From: Octopus sinensis
Lineage: Eukaryota
Reading direction: 5' to 3'
Assembly (NCBI RefSeq): GCF_006345805.1
Contig: NC_043002.1
Coordinates: 40,114,001 to 40,178,000, forward strand
DNA: 64,000 bases
In this document: positions 38,881 to 50,421 of the stretch, piece after piece
How the letters are laid out: every line of letters starts with the position of its first letter
How positions within the stretch are numbered: position 1 is the first letter of the stretch
Program-made: the position numbers and the translations under genes
The notes under the pieces: generated by a model
What the model was told of the DNA's origin: nothing
Databases searched by the model: none
The model's input: only the letters and a program-made list of their open reading frames with translations

Positions 38881-40206
38881 TATGAGAGGGTACTGAAAAG
38901 TTCCTGGCTTTGGGTAAAAGATAATTTTGGAAGATCTGTTAATTATGATTTTATCCAACATATTCCCCTCTCAGATTTACTCACTTATTGCAGCAGTCCT
39001 TTATTTTCTCTAAGGCCTGTAAAGGAACTTGGAAGATTAGGCCTCCAACCAAGCCTTTCATGATACCCTTCAAGCCAGGTGCTGAAAAGTTCTTGGTTTT
39101 GCATAAAAGAAAATACAGGAAGATCAGTTAATTATGATTTTATTCAACTGGACATAAGCAGCATCAGATATGGTGTGCAAGAGAGATGACTGCACTGGTA
39201 TGGTCATGTATTATGTATGGATGAGGACAGCTCTGTGAAAAAGTGTCATACCCTAGCAGTAGAGGGAACCTGTGGAAGAGGTAGACCCAGGAAGACCTGG
39301 GATGAGGTGGTGAAGTATGACCTTCAAACGTTGGTCCTTATGGAAACGATGACAAGTGACTAAGACCTTTGGAGATATGCTGTGCTTGAGAAGACCCGGC
39401 AAGCCAAGTGAGACCATGACTGTGGCCTATGCCAGTGCAGCATAACTGGCCCATTTAAGTGTACCCTTCAATCATTGGGCAATAAACTGCGCTTGCGAAG
39501 ACTTGTTAATTCAAGTGAAGTCATTGTCATGGCCAATGACAGTACTACCTGATTGGCACCTGTACCTGTGGCATGTAAAAAGCACCATTCGAGTGTGGTC
39601 AATGCCAGTGCTGCGTGACTGGCTCCCATGCCAGTGGTACGTAAAAAAACCCATTCAAGCATGGTCAATGCCAGTACTGCCTGACTGGCCCTCATGCCAG
39701 TGCACGTAATAAGTACTCACTACACTCTCGGAGTAGTTGGCATTAGGAAGAGCATCCAACTGTAGAAACTTTGCCAGATCAGACTGAAGTCTGGTGCAGC
39801 CTTCTGGCTTACCAGTCCTCAGTAAAACCGTCCAGTCCATGCCAGCATAGAAAGCAGATGTTAAATGATGATGATGATGACATTCTCTCAGATTTACACA
39901 CTTTTTGCAGCAGGCCTTCATTTTCTCTAAGCCTTGTAAAAGAACTTGGAAGTTTAGGCCTCCAGCCAGGCCTTTCATGATACCCTTGAAGCCAGGTGTT
40001 GAAAAGTTTCTGGCTTTGTGTAAAAGAAAATACAGGAGGATCAGTTAATTATGATTTTATTCAACATATTCTCCTCTCAGAATTACACACTTATTGCAGC
40101 AGTCCCTCAGTTTCTCTAAGCCCTGTAAAAGAACTTAGAAGGTTGGACGTCTAACTATGCTTTTCGCAACATTCTTAAAGCCAAGAACTTTTCAGCACCT
40201 TGTGTA
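38881..40206. mobile_element. mariner-type MITE, internally triplicated, with an RTE insertion at 39149-39880
   Basis: Left TIR GGGTACTGAAAAGTTCCTGGCTTT and right TIR AAAGCCAAGAACTTTTCAGCACC with TA flanks. Three ~190-bp units. Confidence 0.8.
39149..39880 (+). mobile_element. RTE LINE 3' end (ORF C-terminus plus 3' UTR)
   Basis: Degenerate LDIRSIRYGVQER.LHWYGHV...VEGTCGRGRPRKTWDEVVK followed by the family tail. Confidence 0.88.
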
Positions 40207-40610
40207 TAAAGTTGCAGATCCTGCTAAACCCTCCAAAAATCTACTCTCCTAACCTTATCCATTCTTATTGATAACTCAGAATTACCAGTTCTTGTTTTCT
40301 GTTGCAATTTCCATTATGAGTGACAGTGCATTACAATTCACTGGTGCCACATTATCATTTCTCCGATGCAGATAAAGGCTGGCAGTTAAGGATTTTGTAT
40401 TGTAAAACGTTTGGATTGGGTGAGTGTAAAGGTAGCAGTTGAGACTGTTCACACAAAAAGTGTGCAGGTGACTTGGAAGGAAAAAGAGCAGATTGTTTAA
40501 GAGCATTTTTGTAACCAGACATATATAATATATACGTGTGTGTGTATATATTTGCATCCCCAACGTAAAACTTATAATGTAATATATGTCCTTGAAGTAG
40601 TAATTGTACA

Positions 40611-40694
40611 CGGCTGAAGAAGGCCAAAGACACATTTATATCAATTATACATTGTTATAAAACCGTCTAATAAAGGCCCGAAACATGTGTACCG
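40611..40694 (+). ncRNA. Candidate type-I hammerhead ribozyme (C3-G8 core, long stem II)
   Basis: CGG-CTGAAGA-A-GGCC...(49 nt with AGAC/GTCT, TTTATA/TATAAA, CAAT/ATTG helices)...GGCC-C-GAAA-CATGTG-TA-CCG. Confidence 0.55.
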
Positions 40695-40738
40695 CTAAAT
40701 CCTTAGAATCATGTTTTTATTTTGATTAATATATATAT

Positions 40739-40789
<51 letters not shown>

Positions 40790-40794
40790 TGAGA

Positions 40795-41130
40795 CCCCCT
40801 TCAGTCATGACTGACCATGGGATTGCACCTAGAAAGTTACCCTCCCGAGTACAAGTCCGGGCAAGGTTGTTTATGGGAGACCAGCAGTTTGCCCATGCAT
40901 ACCAGCCTCCCCTCTCCACACCACCGATGTTTATCCAAAGGAAAGGCAAAGGCCGATACAGCTTGGTACCTCATTTCTACAGTCGAAACTCATTTCTACA
41001 GCTGAGTGAACTGGAGCAACGTGAAATAAAGTGTCTTGCTCAAGAACACAACATGCAGCCCGGTCCAGGAGTCAAACTCACAACTTCATAATCATAAGCT
41101 CAACGCTCTAACCACTGAGCCATGCACCTT
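40795..41130 (-). mobile_element. SINE family D
   Basis: Reverse complement of the family D consensus seen at 23825 and 27645. Confidence 0.8.
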
Positions 41131-41226
41131 CTGGTGCAGCCTCTTGGCTTCCCAGACCCCGGTCAAACCGTCTAACCCGTGCTAGCATGGAAAATGGACA
41201 TTAAACAATGATGATAAATATATATA

Positions 41227-41257
<31 letters not shown>

Positions 41258-41261
41258 ATTT

Positions 41262-41900
41262 TAATCCAAACGGGAAACAAAAAAACAACAACAATGGAAC
41301 AATTACAGTATTATTATTAATAGGCGCTCAGGAAATGGAAGCAGGGAGGTATGACATTTCGATCGGAGCTCTTCGTCGGAAACATAAAGAAGGAAGAGAG
41401 AGGAAAGAAAGATCCCAGAGCGGGCAACAGGGAAAGAGAAAAAAGACGACTGGTGTTTACGAGTTGCACATGGTGAAAGGCGGATGTTTACGATAACAGA
41501 GCAAAGTGGGTTTTTAAAGGCAAAAGAATGGAGATAAGGTTGGTAACGCAACAGATGTGTGTGTATGTGTGAGTGTGTGCGTGTGCGTGTGTGTATGTGT
41601 GTGTGTGAGGCGAGATGAAAAAACAAAAAAATATATGTGTGCGTCTGTGTGTAGGCGTGTGAGGTAGGGCGAGACTAGTGGTCAGCTTAGCAGACAAGGT
41701 CAGTAGTAAGAAAAAGGAGGAAGGGAGGGAGGGGAAGGGGTGGGGGCGTATGTAGCGTGCCAGCGTGTGTTGAGTAGTAGTGTGTGTGTGTGTCCAGTGT
41801 CGTGGTGGTATTAATGGCGAGTAGATTGAATGTGTGTAAGAGTAATGTATATATTTAAGCAATGTGTGTATATGTGTGCGCGTGTGTGTAACGAAAAAGG
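41262..41900 (-). mobile_element. Penelope-like terminal-repeat remnant with degenerate hammerhead
   Basis: Pyrimidine-rich minus strand, motif CCGACGAAGAGCTCCGATCGAAATGTC at 41379-41353, ending GGATTAA plus (TA)n. Confidence 0.55.
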
Positions 41901-42349
41901 GGGGGGGTTAAGGAAAAAGGACTCCAGCTGAGGGGAAGATGGAAGAGTGGTCCCGCGGAGACGGGCGTGGGAAAACCCAACGACACACGACGGTCCCAGG
42001 AACGGGCGGGAGGTCTCGTCGGGTCCAAGAGCGAGGTGATAGATATATATATAACGTTTTGTTTATTAACTTCAATGATATGGTTAAAAACATTTTACAG
42101 AAATTCAGAAATTACACATTCTTTGTGATTGTTTGTGAGTATTCATGTATGATTCCTTTGTATGCCTATCTGGGTGTCCTCTGTGAGTGTGTGTGTATGT
42201 GATACTTTAAAAGAAGGTCAGGACTCTTAGATATGGTAAACCTATATTAGCAGAGTGTACTAAATTCATTTCAAGAGTTTTCTAACTATTGTGCTTGTCA
42301 AGTTGTTTTGTAGAAGATAAGAAGAGGTATTAAGTAAACTATTAAATAA

Positions 42350-42382
<33 letters not shown>

Positions 42383-42647
42383 GTTACTACTACTAAGTGT
42401 CCTTCACAATTAGGAGTGTTTGACCAAACTACAATAAAGTTTGTTGTTGGAATTTGTTATGGTTTCTAGTTGTGGGATTAACTTGCTGTATCACTGATAC
42501 ATAAGTGATAAGCTTTCATATATATATATATATATTGGTTGAGGTGTATTCTGTTAAGAACAAATAGTGATCATTAAACAGCTGTTGAATCGTACTCCCT
42601 CTTACTTTTGACTCTATTTATTCTTTCATTCATATATTTATATATAT

Positions 42648-43643
42648 ATCACTGATTGCGCTGGTATGGTCATGTGGTGAGAATGGATGAAGATAGGTGT
42701 GTGAAAAAGTGCCACACCCTGGCAGTTGAGGGGACCTGTGGAAGAGGTAGACCCAGGAAAACCTGGGTCGAGGTGGTGAAGCACGACCTTCGAACTCTAG
42801 GTCTCACCAAGGAAATGACCAGAGACCGAGACCTATGGAAGTATGCTGTGCGTGAGAAGACCCGGCAAGACCAGTGAGAACAATCAAAATCAAATCATAT
42901 ATCAGAAAGCAGTGGTTAAGTGACCCATCTGTTTGTGTTCATTGCCAGCCTCGCCTGGCCCCGTGCCGGTGACACGTAAAAGCACCATCCGTCCGTGTCC
43001 GTTGCCAGCCTCGGCTGGCCCCCGTGCCGGTGACACGTAAAAGCACCGTCCGCTCGTGGCCGTTTGCCAGCTCTGTCTGGCCCCGTGTCGGTGGCACGTA
43101 AAAGCACCATCCGTCCGTGTCCGTTGCCAGCCTCGGCTGGCCCCCGTGCCGGTGACACGTAAAAGCACCGTCCGCTCGTGGCCGTTTGCCAGCTCTGTCT
43201 GGCAACCGTGTCGGTGGCATGTGAAAGCACCATCCGTTCGCGTCCGTTGCCAGCCTCGGCTGGCCCCCGTGCCGGTGACACGTAAAAGCACCATCCGTTC
43301 GTGGCCGTTTGCAAGCTCTGTCTGGCCCCGTGTCGGTGGCACGTAAAAGCACCATCCATTCGTGTCCGTTGCCAGCATCGCCTGGCCCCGTGCCGGTGAC
43401 ACGTAAAAGCACCATCCGTTCGTGGCTGTTCGCCAGCTCTGTCTGGCACCTGTGCAGGTGGCACGTAAAAAACACCCACTACACTCGCGGAGTGGTTGGC
43501 GTTAGGAAGGGCATCCAGCCGTAGAAACACTGCCAGATCTGACTGGGCCTGACGAAGCCTTCCAGCTTCACAGACCCCAGTTGACCCGTCCAACCCATGC
43601 TAGCATGGAAAACGGACGCTAAACGATGATGATGATGATGATC
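42648..43643 (+). mobile_element. RTE LINE 3' end: ORF C-terminus, 3' UTR with 9-unit minisatellite, (GAT)n tail
   Basis: RWYGHVVRMDEDRCVKKCHTLAVEGTCGRGRPRKTWVEVVKHDLRTLGL...EKTRQDQ* and then the tail. Confidence 0.92.
42943..43485 (+). repeat. ~60-bp GC-rich minisatellite, 9 units with A/B alternation
   Basis: Units start TTGCCAGC and alternate CCTCGGCTGG...GACACG with CTCTGTCTGG...GGCACG. Confidence 0.95.
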
Positions 43644-44713
43644 ACGATCATGCAGTTATGGTTTCAATTCCTAGACTAGCAGTGCATTATATTCATGTGC
43701 AAAACATTTTTATGTTGTTCCAGTCTACACAGCCACAAATGGGTAACCCTGTAATGGACTGACATTCTTTGAAAAGAGAATATTGACCTACCTACCCAAC
43801 CAGTGGAATGGCATCATTCGAAAGCTACAATAATGCAAGGAAGTATATTGTGACCAGCAGTGTGTAACAACAGCCAATAGTCTGGCCAATCCAATGAGAT
43901 ATATATATGTACACACACACACACACACACACACACATATTATGCACTCATCAGGCTTCCACACAGTTTTTATGACTGTGGCACTCATTTACATCTATGA
44001 TGTCAAGACAAGGAGATAAACACACGTATACATACATGCATAATGCATGCACTGACATATGGTGGGCTTCTTTCAATTTCCGCCTATCAAATCCACTCAT
44101 ACAGTTTCAGTAGAAGACACTTGCCCAAGGTGCCATGCAGTGGAACTGAACCCAGAATTATGTGGTTCAGAAGCAAGCTTCTTACCACACAGCCACTATA
44201 GACATGTGTGCACCATTTGTATTTCAATTTTTATAATAGTAAAGAATTACAAGAGATTTTAGTGAAGGAGCTCTCACTTTTTTTTTTGCTACTTATTTGT
44301 ACTGTAATTTGGTTATTGGAATATAACTTAATGAAAGACAAATATTATACCCAATTTTATTTTGATATCTAATTTTAAGTTTAATATAGTATTGCGATTA
44401 CAGTCAACATTTGTATTTAAATTTTTACACTTTAATGGAGGTGATCTTAGTCAGCTTGTCAATAAAAGCTCATGTTTTTAATATTTATTGTCTCTGTAGC
44501 TTACTCTCTCTTTACTCTTTTACTTGTTTCAATCATTTGACTGTGGCCATGCTGGAGCACCGCCTTTTAGTTGAGCAAATCACCCCCAGGACTTATTCTT
44601 TGTAAGCCTAGTACTTAATCTATTGGTCTCTTTTGCCGAACTGCTAGTTTACGGGGACATAAACACACCAGCATTGGTTGTCAAGCAATGTTTGGGGGAG
44701 AAACATACACACT

Positions 44714-44746
<33 letters not shown>

Positions 44747-46119
44747 CGGCCCGAGGCTATAGTAGAAGACACTTGCCCAAGACCATGCAGTTCGTAAGCA
44801 AGCTACTTCCCACGCAGCCACTCCTATGCTTTGTTTACCAGACAAAACTTTTTATCAGTTTACTGCTGTCTCAGCTTTTATGCATTACTTTTATTTCAGC
44901 TATCCCACACATTCCCTCGAGCATTACATAGAAGACGTTAACAGTGAAAACAAGTCCATGAGGGAGTCTCTAAATAATCATTAAATGTGCTAGAAGTAGC
45001 AACCACATTCCCTCTAATATCAACCTACCTACCATCTTGAAAAGGGAAGGGCACATTGGACAATGCAATTGTAGGAATGACTTTAATCAAAGGTTTGCTT
45101 GATCAGAGTAAAAACTGGAGCATAAGAACAGCGTAACAGAAAATTTTCAGAAGAGTTACTACAAACCCAATTCTTCTATTACAGAGGAAATTTGGAAGTT
45201 CATTAACCCATATTAACCCACTGTCTTCATTTAAGGACAGTTGTATTTCAATTATTTACTGCAATAAAGGTTAACTTGATGATTCCGTATGCTTGCTATC
45301 CCTATTTATATAACTGTCTTCAAAATTTCGACAGGGTTAACCTGTTTTAAAATGGGTTAATAACAGCCATATTAGAAACTAGCATGCTAATTTCTACTCA
45401 ATAATATTATTACAGGATTTGTGCATGAAAGCTAAAAGTATATATAAAATACTGGCTAGGCCCTACTTGTGTGGGGAACATAAGGCAGTTACGTTTTTTT
45501 ATGAGCAGTATCAAGGTAAGCTCTTAATGAGTACAGACTGTGATGTAGGTTCACTTCCCAGTTGTAACTATTTTACTTTCTATAACAATATATGAAAAAT
45601 ATGAAGTTTCTTCAAGCATGGCTGTGTGGTGTGTGGTAAGAAGCTTGTTTCCCAACCACATGGTTCCTGGTTCAGTCCCACAGTGTGGCACCTTGGGCAA
45701 ATGTCTTCTAGTATAGCCTCAGGTAAACCTTGTCAGTGGATTTGGTAAGCAGAAACTGAGAGAAGCTCATCGTGTGTATATATATATGTATATATATTAT
45801 ATAAAAGGGCTTAGTAAAATAAATTACTTTGCCGCATACTGAACTCATTAGAAATAGCAGCCAAAAAAAACTTTTTTAAAACTATTTCTAATACTTAAAG
45901 AAAACCTCTCTCATATAGTGTTTGCTCAATTCAACTCACGAAAGTATGGGGGTAGAGACATTAAAAAATCAAATGCAAAGGTTATTTGAGAACGTACGTT
46001 TCAAGATTAGTCAAACTCGACACTTCTATCATCAGCTCAGAACTCCCTGGTTTGGATTTGAAAACACTGAAAGTGGGAGCATACCCTTTCGGCTTCTTAT
46101 CGCTTCTGAAGATCTGCTC

Positions 46120-46535
46120 GAAGGTGTGGCTGTATGGTAAGAAACTTTCTTTCCAATCACATGGTTCCAGTTTCAGTCCCACTGCATGGCACCTTTGGTA
46201 CGTGTCTTTTACTATGACCTCAGGCCAACCAAAGACTTGTGAGTGGGTTTGGTAGACAGAAACTGAAAGAAACCCATTGTATATGTATATGCATATATTT
46301 ATGTGTGTGTGTGTGTCTTTGTGCCTGTGTTTGTCCCCACCACCATCGCTTCACAACCAATGTTGGTGTGTCTATATCCCCATAACTTAGTGGTTCAGCA
46401 ACAGAGACTGATAGAATAAGTACTAGGCTTACAAAGAATAAATCCTGGGATTGGTTTCTTCTACTAAACCCTTTAAGGTAGTGTTCCAGCATGGCCACAA
46501 TCAAATGACTACAACAAGCAAAAGAATAAAAGAAT
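46120..46535 (+). mobile_element. SINE family A
   Basis: Matches 16292-16673. Confidence 0.8.
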
Positions 46536-46845
46536 ATGAAATCCTTAAATGTTGTAGTTGTTGTCAGAAATGAATGGAGTTGGGGTGGGTATGGTAGGGT
46601 TGCTTTTTTAAGTTTGTCACTATCATTTCTGTTTTTCATGATTCACTTTTACTTGTTGATTTCTATTACTTTATGATCTGTTAGATCTAATTTTTCTTGG
46701 TTGGGATGTTTTTTTGTCTTTTTTATATCTGAGATATGAACTTGAATTATTTCAAAGTTAATACTAAATAATTGTTAATTGTTGATTTGTTTGATTTACT
46801 TGTTGACATCCATTTGGTTCAATGAAATTTCTTCTTTTGCTACAG

Positions 46846-46904
46846 AGCAAGAATGGACTATGGTTGGAGCAGAGCAGATATTGTCCTGTTGATTTATTCT
46901 CTGG
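46846..46904 (+). CDS. IPPK: IPPK coding exon 7 (SKNGLWLEQSRYCPVDLFSG)
   Basis: tacag / gtaagt, 59 nt ending in phase 2. Matches GKWKQISKYCPLDLYSG. Confidence 0.95.
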
Positions 46905-49900
46905 GTAAGTTTTGTTTTTTGATTTATTGTGTGTTAGCAAGTAGGTGTGTGTATGTTTTAAGACTACATCACTACATCAACAATGCTCCTTATTTTTTTA
47001 CTTCTAATTTATAGCAATTACATTTAGTAAAAATTTTGAAGTCTATATCTTGATAATACTAAAAGCTCTAGGGAAGTTTGTGTGTAACTGAAATATTTCA
47101 GAAATAGTATATTTTATCTTAATTTGTGTTTTACTTATTTATTTTCATACTTACCTTCGGCAGTGCAGTACACATTTTTGTGACAATTGGACCTCTATTT
47201 AAATTATTAAACACAATTTTTGTTTGTTACTTCTTGACAAAAAAGAATACATGGCTTCTGTGGCATCAAAACACACACACAGAATACACACACATATAAT
47301 GAATGTCATGGCAGTGACTCAACACAAACACATGTTTGCTATCTGTGATATATACACACACATAGTCTTCATACTCTCTAAGGAAGAAAAAAACATCTAC
47401 TTTTTGATGTAATCAATATTTTAATCATTTAGAAATATTTTAAACTGAATGGGATTTCATTATCTGGAGTTCATTAATTTCCATAAAATTTTTTTATTTA
47501 TTTACTTTTGTTTTAAAGTGAGAGGAGAAAGGGAAAAATGTATGTACAGGTGAATGTGTGAGTGAGTGAACATGTGTGTTCTCATGTATGTGTGAGTGGC
47601 ACACTCTCTTTCACTCTCTCTCTCTCACTCACACACATCCATTTCATATACACATTCATACATCTTTCACTTTAAAGCAAAACTAACAGGTGATTTTTCA
47701 GGGTAAAGATTATTAAAAATAAGGCTTCTACTCATGTAAATTGATTATTATTGTTTGGATAGTTCCAATTAAATAAGTCCAGAAATATATATACATACAT
47801 AAGTACTGTGAATTCCCATTCTACAAAATGGCAAACAATTCCATGAATACTTTACCGGGCAATGCTGGGTAGTAAGTCTAATACTTATATATAATTTATT
47901 TCACTGATTCACTTTGTCATTATATATTTATTGTTATCGTCACCACTACCTCCACTACGTAACATCTGTTTTCCTCAATGGCATGGGTTGGACATTTTGA
48001 CAAGAATTGGTGAACCAGAGGACTGTGCCAAGCTCTACAGTCTGCTTTGGCATGGTTTCTGTGGCTGGATGCTCTTCCTAATGCCAGCCACTTCACATTA
48101 TATTGGGCATTTTTTACATTGCAGCAGTACCAACAAGGTTATTGAGTAATGTGTAAAACAAGACCCTTTAACTGAGTAGGGAGAAGCACTGAGGCATGTA
48201 GCTTTGTATCTGGGGATGAGAGCTTAAAATATGCTAAAGAGAGAGAATAAGTGTTTTGTATATGTATTAATTATTATCATTATTTTACATCCACCTTCCA
48301 TGCAGCTAATGATCAGATGGTTCATTATGTGCATCATTTATTCAACAGTATCCAATAAGTTGGTGGACACTATCTTGATCAAGTGTCTCAGTTGTAGGAT
48401 GCTTTTTTTATGGCTGGATGCTTTTCCTAATACCAGCCTATTCACGGACTGTACTAGGTGTTTTTTGCTTAGATTTATTAATATTTTAATTAAAATGCTC
48501 AATAAACTATTCTCTTGTAGAAGAGATATTAATGATTTGAGTTGACATATTTTAATCAACCCATGTAGTTAGTGTTCCATTATATTTTATTTTATATACA
48601 TTGTATTAATTCTTAGAGGGCAATTAGCTCAGATTTCAGTCAAAACTGACTAAAGAAAAAAAAAGAAATATTTGACTCAGTGTTGGAAAATGAAGTATAT
48701 GTTATACTTAACTATCTACCATTCCCATTCATTTCCTTTCAGGATAGCCCTCTCATCATAGGATTGTTGTTGAATTATATCCCTGGAAGTCTTCTTAAAT
48801 CCAGATCTGACTAATCACACTTGTTGAGCATTTTCCTATACTTTTTCCTATACTGAGTCAATGCATCCTTGATTTGCCCCGTTATTTGAGATAGTCTTTT
48901 GTAAAAAAAATATATATATATTTTAAGCGAGTAACTTTTTTTTTATTATAGAATTCTTATCAAAAGTTATTCGAGAGTTATAAATACAGAAACAAACATG
49001 TGTGCACATACACACATGCTGATAAATTTAGCATGTTATTCTATGTAATGAGTATGAAATTACAATGCCTGACTATTGACAATATTGTCAGAAGTTCATA
49101 CTTAAATATAGTTGCTTTAGTGTAATGCTACACAAGTTACATTACGCTATTTTGTCAGAACTAATAAATACTTTCAGCTATTTTGAGTGATTATAATAAA
49201 TTTTTTAGCATTTTGAATACTTTCTCAAATCTAATACTTATTCACACACACACACACACAAACACACACACATGAGTGGACAAATAAAGAAGTGGCACTC
49301 AACACATTTGGTAGGTGTTACGTTCAGGATTTTTTAGCATTTTGAATAATCTCTCAAATGTAATACTTATTTATTGTTATTGTTTTGATTTAATCATGCT
49401 TTGCCTCAAAGCTTTGAGATTTTGATGATGTTACTGTTTATTTTTAGAATGACATTGTATGGTAGGGATGAGAGATTGAATTTAGCCAGTTAAAGTGCTA
49501 AAATGTTTTAAAAAGCATTAACTTGTTATTAATGATTAATTCAACTGCTTATATGCAAATGTCCTACTTCAATGAAGAAGAAAGCCATGACTTGGGAAGT
49601 TAGATGTAAAACAGTTATAGAGGTATAACATATATTATCATCATCATCATTTAGTGTCCATATTCTGTGTTGGCATGGGTTGGATGGTTTGACAGGATCC
49701 AATGGATCCAAGGGCTGCATCATGCTCCAGTGTCCATTTAGGTATAGTTTCTACAGCTGGATGCCCTTCCTGATGTCAACCAATTTACAGTGTTTAGTGG
49801 GTGCTCTTTTCATGCCACCAACATTATTGAGGTTACCATGCAGTTTGCAAGACTCCAAATCCGAAGACAGAGTGGGAGTCAGTGTTAAGCTAGGAGATAA

Positions 49901-50421
49901 GGGATGAGTGTATGGGAGGAGTGGAAAGTGTGTGGTGTGACAGAGCTGGTTCCTGTAGTGGAAGTAGAAAGCAATAAATATTGGAGCTGAGGTGTCCTGA
50001 TGGCTTGAGTAAAAGTGGAGAGTTCACAAAATTGTATGGGGAGCAGGGGATAGAGGAATGAGAGAAGGGAGCTGAGGCAAGCAACTAGCAGTAAAGATTG
50101 GATGTGGCTGAATAGTGGAGGTAGGAAGTGGTGGTTGACCAGCTGGGGAAGATAAAGAAATGCAGAAGAGAGCAGGCAGGGAGCAGAATAGTAATGATGA
50201 CTGGAGGAGGACATGAGAGACTAGTTAGGTAGGCTGCAGGAGTTGGGGTAGGGAGGCAGGCATAGTAGTTGATGAGAATTTGGTTCAGGGTGTTGGGTGA
50301 ATCAATGTAGCATGGATGGAAAGAACAGTAATAATTGATGAGAGTTTCTATCTTTTTATCTTTTATTTACAGAGATGTACTTGCATAGCAAGTGATTTGT
50401 TCTGAGATCGTGTGCTGAAAC

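Noticed and set aside
42943-43485. CRISPR-like array and long overlapping ORFs (166-225 aa)
   Set aside because: The units are contiguous with no unique spacers, there are no cas genes, and the array lies in an RTE 3' UTR. The ORFs are by-products of a stop-poor GC-rich tandem repeat.
48743-48761. Strong acceptor in intron 7 that would add GIALSS-stop (poison or terminal exon)
   Set aside because: No donor or poly(A) support is identifiable, and such acceptors are common by chance in AT-rich introns.
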